Positions 29,201 to 39,873 of a stretch of 64,000 nt of DNA are shown one piece after another. Where the stretch lies: the NCBI GenBank assembly GCA_944391565.1, contig CALXUB010000021.1:15693-79692 (forward strand), read 5' to 3'. Source of the DNA: an uncultured Alphaproteobacteria bacterium (lineage in GTDB: Bacteria; Pseudomonadota; Alphaproteobacteria; CAAHEQ01; UBA3637). The notes beneath the pieces were generated by a model, which worked only from the letters and a program-made list of their open reading frames with translations, made no database searches and was not told the DNA's origin. Made by a program: the position numbers and the translations under genes. How positions within the stretch are numbered: the stretch's first letter is position 1; each line of letters starts with the position of its first letter.

Positions 29201-32040
29201 ATGTTTTCACATTTTTTCATTGAAAGACCGCGTTTTTCGTTTGTTATTTCCATTGTGATTGTTTTGGTCGGCATCATTGCCCTGTTCCAGCTGCCGATTG
29301 CGTTGTATCCCGAAGTGACAACGCCGCAAGTTGCCGTTCGAGCCACTTATCCGGGCGCCAGCGCTGACGTGATTGCCAAAACGGTCGGTATTCCTCTGGA
29401 AGACGAAATGAACGGCGTGGAAGACATGATTTACATGAGCTCGACTTCGGAAGATTCCAGCTATTCTTTGACCGTCACGTTTAAAACAGGCGTGGATCCC
29501 GATATGGCTCAGGTAAAAGTTCAAAACCGTATTCAGCAAGCTTCCTCAAAGCTCCCCGAAGAAGTCACGCGGCAAGGCATTTCCGTTAAACGCGAATCCT
29601 CTAATATTTTGGGCTTTATCGTTTTTTCTTCCCCAAACGGCACATTTTCGGAACAAGACATCAGCGACTACATTTATAACAACGTGGAACGACCGTTGGC
29701 TAAAATCGACGGGGTCGGTAATTTACAGGTCTACGGTTCCAAACTCAGTATGCGGGTTTGGTTGAACGCCGATAAAATGGCAGCGCTCCACTTAACGGCA
29801 GACGATGTCTATGCGGCTATTTCCGGTCAAAATTATCAACCGACTCTGGGCAAAGTCGGCGCCGTTCCGACACAATCCGATACGCCGATGGTTTACACGC
29901 TGCAAACGACAGGTCGCTTGACAACCGCCGAAGCATTCGAACAAATCATTGTTCGAACAGCCGAAGACGGCGGTCTTGTGCGCCTTAAAGACATTGCCAA
30001 CGTTGAAATCGGCCAAGAAAGCTATTCCATCTCGGGGCTTTACAACGGACAAAACGCCATTACGCTCGCTTTGAATTTGTCCTCGGTTTCCAATGCTTTG
30101 GAAACAATGAAAAGCGTTCAAGACAAACTGGCTGAACTGTCGGCTTTCTTTCCTGAAGATTTAATCTATACCATCAGTTATGATTCGACAAAGTATATTC
30201 ATGCGTCCGTGGAAGAAGTTGTTTGGACATTGTTGTTGACGTTGGTGCTGGTGGTCGGTGTTTGTTATTTTTTCCTGCAGGATTTTTACGCAACGCTGAT
30301 TCCGTCTTTAACCATTCCGGTTTCCGTTTTAGGGACGTTTGCCGTCATGCTGGCGCTGGGCTACAGCATCAACATGTTTACGCTGTTTGCGCTTTTATTG
30401 GCAATCGGATTGGTCGTGGATGACGCCATCGTGGTCGTTGAACGTGTGATTTACCTGATGCAGCACACGGAGATGACAGCTCGCGCGGCAACCATGCAGG
30501 CGATGCGGGAAATTACCGGCGCGCTGGTCGCAACGTCCATGGTATTGTTGGCCATTTTTATTCCCGTCGGTTTTTTGGACGGCATTACGGGCAAAATTTA
30601 TCAGCAATTTTCGGTGACAAAGGCGTCATCGTTTTAAGTTTGCAACTGCCGGAAGGTGCTGCCAAGAAACGAACGCATGCCCTTGTCGACAAAGTCAATG
30701 CCGTGATGCAGGCTGAGCCCGCGATCGAAGGTATTTCCAATGTTGTGGGTTATAGCCTGATGGGCGGACGGGGCGAAAACGTGTCCATGTCTTTTGTGGT
30801 TTTAAAACCCTGGGAAGAACGCCAAGATCCCTCTATGCACTCTTCGGCCGTTTTAGCGCGCCTTCGTGAGCAGCTGGCGGCTTTTCCGGAGGCAGAGGTT
30901 CAGCTGTTTGAAATGCCGGCCATTCCCGGACTGGGCACGGCCAGCGGACTGGATATTCGTTTGGAATCCCGTGAAACAACCGACTATCAAAAATTGGATG
31001 CGGCTTTGACGGCTTTTGTGGGACGGTTAAATCAACTGCCGGAAATAGCTTATGCTTATACGACATTTACGGCGAAAACACCCAATCTGTTTTTGGACAT
31101 TGACCGCACCAAAGCCGAAAGCATGAAAGTCTCCATGCATACGATTTACAGCACTCTTGAAAGCTATCTGGGATCGGCTTACGTCAACGACATCAATTTG
31201 GGAACACAAGTCAACAAAGTGATGATTCAAACCGACTGGCCCTATCGGGACAACATTGACAACATCAATGATTTGTATGTCGCCAATCAACAGGGAGACA
31301 TGGTGCCGCTCCGAGGCCTTTTAACGCTGCATAAAATCTTGGCGCCGCGTGTTGTGGAACGATACAACCAATATCCGGCGGCAACCGTGACGGCGGTTCA
31401 GAAAGAAGGCGTCAGCACCGGTCAAGCCATGGCTGCGGTTGAAGCATTAACGGAAACCCTGCCCAAAGGATATGCCATTGAATGGTCAACCATGAGCTAT
31501 CAGGAGAAAAACACACATGGTCAAATCAGCTATTTAATTGCACTGGCCGTTATTTTTGCTTATTTATTTCTGGTGGCGCAATACGAAAGCTTTTTGGTGC
31601 CGCTGCCGGTGCTGATGTCATTGATTGTGGCAATGAACGGCGCCATGATCGGATTGTTTTTTACGGGCTTGCCGCTCAGCATTTATGCACAGTTGGGCTT
31701 GATTTTGTTAATCGGATTAGCCAGTAAGAATGCCTTTTTGATTGTGGAGTTTGCCAAAGAAGAGCATCAAAAAGGTGCCACTATCACGGCCGCAGCCATC
31801 AAAGGGTTGAAAGAACGGTTTCGTGCTGTTTTAATGACGGCTTTTTCCTTCATTTTGGGAGTGTGGCCAATGGTTGTCGCTTCGGGTGCCGCAGCCGCCA
31901 GCCGACAGGCCATCGGCGTGCCTGTATTCTGGGGCATGTTAATCGGCACTTGCTTTGGATTGTTTGTTATTCCTTTGTTGTACGTTCTTGTGCAGACAAT
32001 TTATGAAAAAATGCACAAAAAACAACATCGGAGCAGATAA
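29201..32040 (+). pseudogene. AcrB/MexB-family RND permease split by an internal deletion/frameshift
   Basis: [12 protein letters not shown] and [10 protein letters not shown] motifs; QQFSVT jumps out of frame into [14 protein letters not shown] at about 30617, and the intervening TM6-TM7 segment is absent. Confidence 0.85.
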
Positions 32041-32096
32041 CACTTGTCTTGGGCGGATTTTTACGTTATCGTTTTGAAACAAAGAAAGGATAACAC

Positions 32097-32366
32097 ATGA
32101 ACAAAGCAGAAATCCGCCTTAAACTTCAAGAAAAAGCTTTTAACGAAGGGGTTTGAGATCCTTTTACTGAAAAAGATGTTGACACAGCCGATTTGATTTA
32201 TCGCTTGAACCGTCAATCATCTTCAAAAAGTGTTTCAGATTTAACCAAAACAATTGTCATTGATGCTAAAGCATGCGATCGGAAAAGTGTTCAAATTTTG
32301 CGCAAATGGGGAAAGGTCACACTTTTGGATCGTCTGAAAAATCGTTTTTTGAACAGAGAAGGCTAA
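32097..32366 (+). pseudogene. Small hypothetical ORF interrupted by an in-frame TGA
   Basis: SD AGAAAGGA, ATG 32097, TGA at 32154-32156, frame remains open to TAA 32364-32366. Confidence 0.5.
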
Positions 32367-32373
32367 AAAAGAC

Positions 32374-32425
32374 TTGACACTTCAATAATTGAATGATTAA
32401 ATAATTGAATAATTCAAATATTGAA
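32374..32425 (+). promoter_or_regulatory. Sigma70 promoter overlapped by TTCAA-N3-TTGAA palindromes (likely MarR operators)
   Basis: TTGACA at 32374-32379; TTCAATAATTGAA and TTCAAATATTGAA upstream of the marR-like gene. Confidence 0.65.
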
Positions 32426-32437
32426 AGAAAAAAACGC

Positions 32438-32881
32438 ATGAAAAAAGTTGATGACGTCGTTGCAGCATTTCTCAAGAAGATCACGAACGACCGCCGATTC
32501 GGACGAGCTTTATTTTCCGCGATTAAGGATCCCAAAGAAAAGCCTCAAAAGATTTTTCTGCTGGATGATTTGGAAGAAATCGGGAAAGCCAAATTAAAGG
32601 ACATTGCGCAGCGTACCGGGCATTCGCCTCAAAACTTGTGTATGCTCTACAACAGTTTTGAAAAAGAAGGACTGATCAGCCGAGAAATTGACCCGACCAA
32701 CCGTCGAAACACTTATTATTTTTTGACTCCGAAGGGCCGTAAGACCGTTAACGACAATAAAAAGGCCGCTCGTCAGGTGATCAAAAAACTTTTTTCGCGT
32801 TTGTCGGATAATGAATTGGAAGAACTGCAAATCAGTCTTGAAAAAACCAATGCGCTGATAGAGAAAGTTTTAGAAGGATAA
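32438..32881 (+). CDS. MarR-family transcriptional regulator
   Basis: wHTH with EKEGLISR…DPTNRR…LTPKG. Confidence 0.88.
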   Translation: MKKVDDVVAAFLKKITNDRRFGRALFSAIKDPKEKPQKIFLLDDLEEIGKAKLKDIAQRTGHSPQNLCMLYNSFEKEGLISREIDPTNRRNTYYFLTPKGRKTVNDNKKAARQVIKKLFSRLSDNELEELQISLEKTNALIEKVLEG

Positions 32882-32885
32882 GACC

Positions 32886-34067
32886 ATGACCCTATTTCAA
32901 AATAAAAAAAGACTTTTCATTTACCTGGTTATACTTTTATCGGCTGGCGCGGTTCTCTACCACTGGTTAAGGCCGAAAGACGAAGTCTTGTATATTTCCG
33001 AACCCGTCACGCTGCAAAACATCCAAAAAGTAGTTAATGCAACCGGAGAAGTCAAAGCCATTGAACTGGTGACGGTTGGTGCGCAGGCTTCCGGTAAAAT
33101 CGAAAAACTGCACGTGGTCGTGGGACAAAAAGTCAAACAAGGTGAAATGATCGCCGAGATTGATTCCAGCACGCAGCAAAACGATGTGGACAGTACCAAA
33201 GCGCAGTTGAAAAGCTATGAAGCGCAGCTGAATGCCGCTCAAGTTGCCTTGCGCATCGCTCAAAAACAATATGAACGCATGAAATCTTTGCGGGAACAAG
33301 ATGCCGCTTCGGAAGAAGAATTGGAAAACACGGAGGATACTTATGAAACGGCTAAATCTCGTGTGATTGAATTGGAAGCGTCTATTGAAGAAGCCAAAAT
33401 TGCCCTCAGCACGGCCGAAACAAACTTGGGTTATACCAAAATTACGGCACCGTTGGACGGCACGATTGTCTCCGTACCGGTCAAACAGGGGCAAACCGTC
33501 AATGCCGCCATGAACACCCCGACCATCGTTCAAATTGCCGATTTAAGTCAAATGGAAATCTTAATCGAGATTTCGGAAGGCGATATTGCTTATGTTCAAC
33601 CAGGTCAAAAAGTGACTTATTCCACACTGGCAGACCTGAACGAAACCTATGAAACAACCCTGCGTTCCATTGATCCGGGTTTGACACTGTTGACAAACGG
33701 TGAATACACCGAAGTTGTCGATGACAGTGAAGCCATTTATTACTATGGTCGACTGGTTGTTCCCAATCCGGAAGAAAAACTGCGTATCGGCATGACAACC
33801 CAAAACGTCATTTACGTGGCCGGCGCCGAAAATGTATTAACGGTTCCCTCCATCGCCGTCAAAGGCACTTCCACAGATCCGTATGTGGAAGTATTAACCG
33901 CTGCGGGAACCTTGGAACGTCGACCCGTCGTCACCGGTGTATCCGACGGATTGAACGTTGAAATCAAAAGCGGTGTTCAACAGGGTGAAAATGTTGTCAT
34001 CGCTCAAATGAGTTCTTCGGAAGCGTCCGATAAAGCAACAAGCGCCCGCGGCCCCAGGAGATTGTAA
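32886..34067 (+). CDS. macA: MacA-family periplasmic adaptor
   Basis: VGAQASG, LGYTKITAPLDGT and GQTVNA motifs; upstream of macB. Confidence 0.9.
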   Translation: MTLFQNKKRLFIYLVILLSAGAVLYHWLRPKDEVLYISEPVTLQNIQKVVNATGEVKAIELVTVGAQASGKIEKLHVVVGQKVKQGEMIAEIDSSTQQNDVDSTKAQLKSYEAQLNAAQVALRIAQKQYERMKSLREQDAASEEELENTEDTYETAKSRVIELEASIEEAKIALSTAETNLGYTKITAPLDGTIVSVPVKQGQTVNAAMNTPTIVQIADLSQMEILIEISEGDIAYVQPGQKVTYSTLADLNETYETTLRSIDPGLTLLTNGEYTEVVDDSEAIYYYGRLVVPNPEEKLRIGMTTQNVIYVAGAENVLTVPSIAVKGTSTDPYVEVLTAAGTLERRPVVTGVSDGLNVEIKSGVQQGENVVIAQMSSSEASDKATSARGPRRL

Positions 34068-36007
34068 TGAAAATTGTGGAACTGAAAAAAATCAATAAGT
34101 TTTTCGGAAGCGGCGATAACCGTGTTCATGTTTTGAAGGATGTCGACTTTTCGATTGATAAAGGAGATTTCGTTGCCATTATCGGGCAATCCGGTTCCGG
34201 GAAATCAACGCTGATGAACATCATCGGTTGTTTGGACGTGCCAACGACGGGTTCTTATCAAATCAATGGTGTGGAAGTCGGTCAAATGCAAAAAGATCAA
34301 CTGGCGGATTTGCGTTGTAAAACCTTTGGTTTTATTTTTCAGCGTTATAATCTGCTGTCTACTTTATCGGCGGATGAAAATGCTGCCCTGCCCGCCATTT
34401 ATCTGGGATTGAACGCCCAAGACCGCAAAGTGCGTGCCATTGAGCTGTTAAAAAAACTGGATCTGGGGGAAAAACTGCGCAATAAGCCGAACGAACTTTC
34501 CGGCGGACAACAACAGCGTGTCAGTATCGCACGCGCACTGATGAACGGCGGAGAAATTATTTTGGCGGATGAACCGACGGGGGCGCTGGATTCCAAAAGC
34601 GGTGAACGCGTGATGGAAATTATCAAAAACTTACATGAACAGGGACACACCATTATTTTGGTGACTCATGACAGTCATATTGCACAACAAGCCAGCCGCA
34701 TCATTGAAATCAAAGACGGACGAATCGTTGCCGACACACGGAAGAACTCCGTTTTCAACGAACTGAAAGACAAAATTCAAAACATTCGACGCAGTCGTTT
34801 AAGCGCTTTCAAATATAGCTTCTTTGAATCGTTGAATATGTCGCTGCACGCTATTTTATCAAATAAAATGCGCTCATTGCTGACCATGCTCGGCATTATT
34901 ATCGGCATTGCCTCCGTTGTATCGGTGGTAGCACTCGGCAACGCCTCCCAAGCCCGTATTATGGAACAAATCAGCTCGATGGGAACCAACACTATTGATA
35001 TCATGCCCGGCACCGGTTTTGGCGACATGCGTTCCGGCAAAGTCAAAACATTAAAAGTCAGTGATTCGGATTTTTTGGCTAAACAAGGTTTTATTGACAG
35101 CTCGACCCCCAACGTTTCCGCCAGCGGGACAATCACTTATAAGAACACTTCCGTGACGGCTTCGCTCACCGGTGTCGGAGCTTCGTTTTTTGACGTCAAA
35201 GGACGGAAAATTGCTCAGGGACGAAAATTCTCACAGGAAGAAGTTGACTCGATCGCTTCGGTCGTCGTAATTGATGACAACACCTTAAATGAAGTATTCC
35301 CGGACAATCCGAACCCTATCGGCGAAATTATTTTGTTTAACAAAAAACCGCTGCGCGTCATCGGCGTCACCGAACCGGACAACAATCCGGGTCCCATGTC
35401 CGATTCCATGCATTTGTGGACGCCCTACACAACAGCCATGTATAAAATTAACGGCACAACGGACATTAACTCCATTACCGTTAAAGTGTCGGACAATGTT
35501 AATTCTCAAGTCGCCGAAGAAAGCGTCGAAATGATTTTAACAACCCTGCACGGTAAAAAAGACTTCTTTATGATCAACAGCGACAGCATCAAACAAACAA
35601 TTGAAAGCACAACCAATACCATGCGTTTGTTGATTGCCAGCATTGCCGTCATATCTTTGATTGTCGGCGGAATCGGCGTGATGAATATTATGCTGGTGTC
35701 GGTGACGGAACGCACAAAAGAGATTGGTATTCGCATGGCCATCGGCGCCAAACAAATGGATATTTTACAACAATTTTTAATCGAAGCCGTGTTAATCTGC
35801 ATCGTCGGGGGGATTATGGGCGTGGCTTTATCCATGTTAGTGGGCTGGGGCTTTAACACCTTTTCCACCAGTTTCGGTATGGATTTTTCAGTTGCTTCTA
35901 TTGTGCTGGCGCTGGTTTGTTCCACATCCATCGGTATTATTTTCGGCTATATGCCGGCCAAAAATGCGTCTAATTTAAACCCCATTGATGCCCTAGCGAG
36001 TGAATAA
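34067..36007 (+). CDS. macB: MacB ABC ATPase-permease
   Basis: GQSGSGKS, LSGGQQQRVSIARAL and GGIGVMNIMLVSVTERTKEIG motifs. Confidence 0.96.
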   Translation: MKIVELKKINKFFGSGDNRVHVLKDVDFSIDKGDFVAIIGQSGSGKSTLMNIIGCLDVPTTGSYQINGVEVGQMQKDQLADLRCKTFGFIFQRYNLLSTLSADENAALPAIYLGLNAQDRKVRAIELLKKLDLGEKLRNKPNELSGGQQQRVSIARALMNGGEIILADEPTGALDSKSGERVMEIIKNLHEQGHTIILVTHDSHIAQQASRIIEIKDGRIVADTRKNSVFNELKDKIQNIRRSRLSAFKYSFFESLNMSLHAILSNKMRSLLTMLGIIIGIASVVSVVALGNASQARIMEQISSMGTNTIDIMPGTGFGDMRSGKVKTLKVSDSDFLAKQGFIDSSTPNVSASGTITYKNTSVTASLTGVGASFFDVKGRKIAQGRKFSQEEVDSIASVVVIDDNTLNEVFPDNPNPIGEIILFNKKPLRVIGVTEPDNNPGPMSDSMHLWTPYTTAMYKINGTTDINSITVKVSDNVNSQVAEESVEMILTTLHGKKDFFMINSDSIKQTIESTTNTMRLLIASIAVISLIVGGIGVMNIMLVSVTERTKEIGIRMAIGAKQMDILQQFLIEAVLICIVGGIMGVALSMLVGWGFNTFSTSFGMDFSVASIVLALVCSTSIGIIFGYMPAKNASNLNPIDALASE

Positions 36008-36009
36008 CC

Positions 36010-37377
36010 ATGAAACAAAAAAAAGCTTTTTTTATAACTGTCTGCCTGTGTTCCCTGATGGGGTGCACCTCTTCTTCCATTACCGTGCCGACCTTGTCCG
36101 AAGAATTACACCTGACCGAAGAAACCCGATCGGCTTACAAAGCACAAGATGCCTGGTGGGAAGCTTATGGCAACAACGAGTTAAATGCTTTGATTGATCA
36201 AGCGCTTCGAAACAATCCGGATTATTTAAAAGCCGCACTCACCATGCAAAAAGAGCTGTATAACTTAAACCTGGCGACTTCGGATTTGTTCCCGACTTTA
36301 TCCGGAAGTTTGGGTGCATCTCTGCAGAAAGACCTCACGAAATCGCATGACAGCAATCATAATTTTTCGGGTGAAATCGGACTTAATTATGAAATCGATT
36401 TATATGGTAAAATTCGCGACGCACAAAGCGCACAAGCGTTTGAATACAAAGCAACCGTTCAGGATAAAGAAGCGGCACGTCTGACCTTGATTAACAGTGT
36501 AATCGACTTGTATTTCAATCTGGAATATCTGCAAAACGTGATTGACCTGACACATAAAGATATTCAAGCGTATCAGGACATTGAAAACATCATGCGGGAA
36601 AAGTATGAAAGCGGCAAAGTCGCGCCTTTGGAGTATGTTCAGGCCAAACAAAGCCTTGTCAGTGAACAATCGCGTCTGTTGGAATACGAAACGCAATTCA
36701 AGGAGATGGAGCAAAGTCTTAAAAATATTTTAAACATTCGGCCGGATGAAAAACTGGAACTGACCTATGGCTCTATTTTGGATCAAAAGAGTTTAAACGT
36801 TGATGTGGACGTGCCTTTATCCGTTTTGGCGAACCGACCGGATTTGATTGCCAGTCAATTCCGATTGGAAAAAGCCTTTAAAACCTTAACTGCGGAAGAA
36901 AAAAACTGGTATCCCAACGTTTCGTTAAAAGGAGCATTCGGTTCTTCTTCATCCAAAGCCCGCACGACGTTTGACTTCCCCTATGTTTTGGGCAGCATTT
37001 CTGTTGATCTGCCGTTTTTGGATTGGAACAGGGTCAAAAACAATATTCGTATTTCCGAAGCCGATTATCAAATCGCTTTGTTGGATTTTAAAGATACGCT
37101 GACACAGGCATTAAATGAAGTAGCTTATTATTATACGGCCTATGAAAAATCGCTGGATATTTTTGCGAACACCGGAAAAAATGTGAAAAACAGTCGCGAA
37201 ATTACAAAATATTACGAAATTCGGTATAACAACGGTAAAGCTGAATTTAAAGATTTACTGGAAGCTATTTATACCGAAAACGCAACGCGCAAGGATTATG
37301 TCCAGCAGAAATACCAAATCATTAAATATGAAAACTATATTTTCAAAGCAATGAACGGCCGCTATCAAAAATCGTAA
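36010..37377 (+). CDS. TolC/NodT-family outer-membrane efflux lipoprotein
   Basis: Lipobox LMGC; WWEAY, YEIDLYG and NRPDL motifs. Confidence 0.88.
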   Translation: MKQKKAFFITVCLCSLMGCTSSSITVPTLSEELHLTEETRSAYKAQDAWWEAYGNNELNALIDQALRNNPDYLKAALTMQKELYNLNLATSDLFPTLSGSLGASLQKDLTKSHDSNHNFSGEIGLNYEIDLYGKIRDAQSAQAFEYKATVQDKEAARLTLINSVIDLYFNLEYLQNVIDLTHKDIQAYQDIENIMREKYESGKVAPLEYVQAKQSLVSEQSRLLEYETQFKEMEQSLKNILNIRPDEKLELTYGSILDQKSLNVDVDVPLSVLANRPDLIASQFRLEKAFKTLTAEEKNWYPNVSLKGAFGSSSSKARTTFDFPYVLGSISVDLPFLDWNRVKNNIRISEADYQIALLDFKDTLTQALNEVAYYYTAYEKSLDIFANTGKNVKNSREITKYYEIRYNNGKAEFKDLLEAIYTENATRKDYVQQKYQIIKYENYIFKAMNGRYQKS

Positions 37378-37477
37378 ATTGTGTTTAAAAATAACAAACG
37401 CCTTTAAGCAAGCAGACTTGTCATTTTTTTGAATATCGCTTACACTGGAAACAAACCGATAAAAGAAAGGAAAGAAA

Positions 37478-38887
37478 ATGTCTGGATTGCTGCTGGTTGC
37501 CCTCAGTTTATTTTACTTTGCACTTTCGGTCCTAACAACTTGTCATATTTTGCTGCACAAAAACGATGTCAAAAGTGCTATCGGATGGATTGGGTTGGTA
37601 TGGTTGTCTCCGGTCATCGGAGCGCTGCTGTATATGACATTCGGTATCAACACGATAGCTCGCAAAGCGCAAAATCTGCACGGTGTTCATTTGTTGGACG
37701 AACGCGCGGTTCGACAAATTTCCCCCGACAAACTGACCCGGTTCGATGAAGAGCTTTTGCGCTTTTTGTATCTCGGATATAAAATATATCCTCAGGCCTT
37801 TTCCTTTCAAAACGACATAACACCGCTTTTAAACGGAGATGAAGCTTATCCCGTCATGTGCGCGCACATTGCCGCTGCCCGCCGAGAAGTTTTGCTTTCC
37901 AGTTATATTTTCAATAATGACACCGCCGGAGAACTGTTTTTGAATGCTTTGGCTCAAGCTGCACGCAACGGCGCCAAAGTGAAAGTTTTGGTGGACGGTG
38001 TCGGCGTCCGATACAGCTGGCCCAACATTTTAAAATCGCTGACCCGCATCAAAGGCATTGAAACTGCTTCATTTTTACCATCGCGTGCACCGATTCAACT
38101 GCCTTTTCTTAATTTGAGAAATCACAAAAAACTACTGGTTGTCGACGGAAAAACAGCCTTTATGGGCGGTATGAACATTGCTGCCGGCAATTTGTTAAAG
38201 ACGCATCCCAAAAAACCGATTGCCGATGTCACCTTTCAAATCAAAGGACCGTTGATTAGGCAGATTTCTGATCTTTTTGCAGACGATTGGCATTTCGCGA
38301 CAGGCAAAAAATTCACGCCTGTCACCGTTTCAGTCCGCGCGAAAGGAACGACGGCTGCCCGCGTTATTACAAGCGGTCCCGATCATACGGAAAACAAAAT
38401 GGAGCTGATGTTGATCAGTCTGATCGCGTCTGCAAAAAAACGCCTGGTCATTGTGACACCTTATTTTTTGCCGGATCGAAACATCTTGGACATTTTAGGA
38501 TTGGCTGCCATGAGCGGCGTCATAATCGATTTAATTATTCCGCACAAAAGCAATATTTTCGGAATGGATTGGGCAATGGCTTCTCATTTTGATTTTCTGC
38601 TAAAAAAAGGCATTCGTATTTATCAAAGTTGGGCACCGTTTGACCACAGCAAATTGTTTTTAATCGATGACTCATGGGCGCTCATCGGTTCCAGTAATTG
38701 GGATGTTCGAAGTTTGCGTTTAAACTTTGAAAGCAATATCGAATGCATCGGTGCTGATTTGGTGCATCGGCTGGAACAAATTGTGCAAAAGAAAAAAAGA
38801 AAGGCACGCCGTTTGCAAAAAAGAGACATTCCCGTTTGGCAAAAGCTCAGAAACAATCTATTCCGTTTGCTGACCCCGTATTATTAA
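37478..38887 (+). CDS. cls: Cardiolipin synthase (phospholipase D family)
   Basis: Two HKD motifs (NHKKLLVVD, HSKLFLID), GSSNWD and N-terminal TM pair. Confidence 0.9.
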   Translation: MSGLLLVALSLFYFALSVLTTCHILLHKNDVKSAIGWIGLVWLSPVIGALLYMTFGINTIARKAQNLHGVHLLDERAVRQISPDKLTRFDEELLRFLYLGYKIYPQAFSFQNDITPLLNGDEAYPVMCAHIAAARREVLLSSYIFNNDTAGELFLNALAQAARNGAKVKVLVDGVGVRYSWPNILKSLTRIKGIETASFLPSRAPIQLPFLNLRNHKKLLVVDGKTAFMGGMNIAAGNLLKTHPKKPIADVTFQIKGPLIRQISDLFADDWHFATGKKFTPVTVSVRAKGTTAARVITSGPDHTENKMELMLISLIASAKKRLVIVTPYFLPDRNILDILGLAAMSGVIIDLIIPHKSNIFGMDWAMASHFDFLLKKGIRIYQSWAPFDHSKLFLIDDSWALIGSSNWDVRSLRLNFESNIECIGADLVHRLEQIVQKKKRKARRLQKRDIPVWQKLRNNLFRLLTPYY

Positions 38888-39038
38888 GCGCCGTTTCATA
38901 ACTTAACATTTCATCCGACATCAGCCAGGCCTCTTTACCCGTCCGTTGAAAGATCTTTTTTAAAAATTTCGCTTGTGCCGAAAAACAGGTTTTGCTATCT
39001 TTCAATTATTGGACGAATCAACAACAGAAGGACACAAT

Positions 39039-39128
39039 ATGGTCTCTCGTTTTCTCATTGCCGTCGGTGTTTTCGTTCTTTTAAAAAAAGAAGAAAAAAT
39101 CTTGCTGCAGCACCGTAAAAACTGCTCT
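39039..39128 (+). pseudogene. N-terminal fragment of a NUDIX hydrolase
   Basis: SD + MVSRFLIAVGVFVLLKKEEKILLQHRKN resembles NUDIX N-termini; no Nudix box follows. Confidence 0.5.
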
Positions 39129-39301
39129 ATGCCGCCTAACGATACGCTCAAGATTTTTATTATTTTAACATGCTTTTGTAATTTCTTGACTTTCACTTTA
39201 AATAATTTTAGAGTTGTTTTGTCTTTGAATTATGATGTTTTTCAAAGAACGGCGGTTTGGCAGCTGCTTTCTTGACGAGTTTTTTTAAGAAAAACTTAAA
39301 A

Positions 39302-39424
39302 CATCCGACCCTTATGGGGTTGGATGAGGCGGATAAGCCCACCATTGGTGGGGAAGAAGCCGAACTAGAATCGTAAAGACTAGATTGCCAACATCCGCCC
39401 CACCTAAAGGAGAAAGGGTCGATG
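39302..39424 (+). promoter_or_regulatory. Structured GC-rich 5' leader with two mutually exclusive pairings
   Basis: 39317-39326 can pair with 39302-39311 or with 39392-39402; 39306-39313 pairs with 39414-39421 next to the ATG. Confidence 0.55.
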
Positions 39425-39751
39425 ATTGATTTAATAAATATTGGAACTGAAATTAAGGCTAAAAGGCAATTTTTAGGTCTTTCTCAAACGCAATTTGCCT
39501 ATCGCGTTGGGATGACTTGGCGTTCCATCTCAAATTTTGAACGTGGGCGGAATAAGCCAAAACTTAAAATCTTCTATCCAATTTATACTGTCCTTCCTTT
39601 GTCTATTGATGAACTTTTAAATGTACAGCTACAAAATAAAAATTACACTAATCAACTTATTCAGCAATTCGAAATATTTTCAGATGATTTTTTGTTCCTT
39701 TTATCAAAGTGCTTAAAAGAAATACCAGAACGTTGCCAGAAAGAGGAATAA
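39422..39751 (+). CDS. XRE-family HTH transcriptional regulator
   Basis: LSQTQFAYRVGMTWRSISNFERG. Confidence 0.88.
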   Translation: MIDLINIGTEIKAKRQFLGLSQTQFAYRVGMTWRSISNFERGRNKPKLKIFYPIYTVLPLSIDELLNVQLQNKNYTNQLIQQFEIFSDDFLFLLSKCLKEIPERCQKEE

Positions 39752-39752
39752 A

Positions 39753-39848
39753 ATGACAAAACATTTAACCGTTATGCGACAGCCTTATCTTGATTTAATC
39801 TTGTCTGGTTTGAAAACGATTGAAAGTCGTTTTGCTGATGTGAAGTGA
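39753..39848 (+). pseudogene. Truncated ASCH-domain gene
   Basis: MTKHLTVMRQPYLDLILSGLKTIESR carries the ASCH GxKxxExR motif and stops after 31 codons. Confidence 0.65.
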
Positions 39849-39873
39849 GTAGGACACTAAGGTATTGCCTTTT

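Noticed and set aside
32154-32156. Genome-wide TGA recoding or selenocysteine
   Set aside because: TGA terminates conserved genes here (fliG, flhF, rbfA), and I see no redox motif or clear SECIS.
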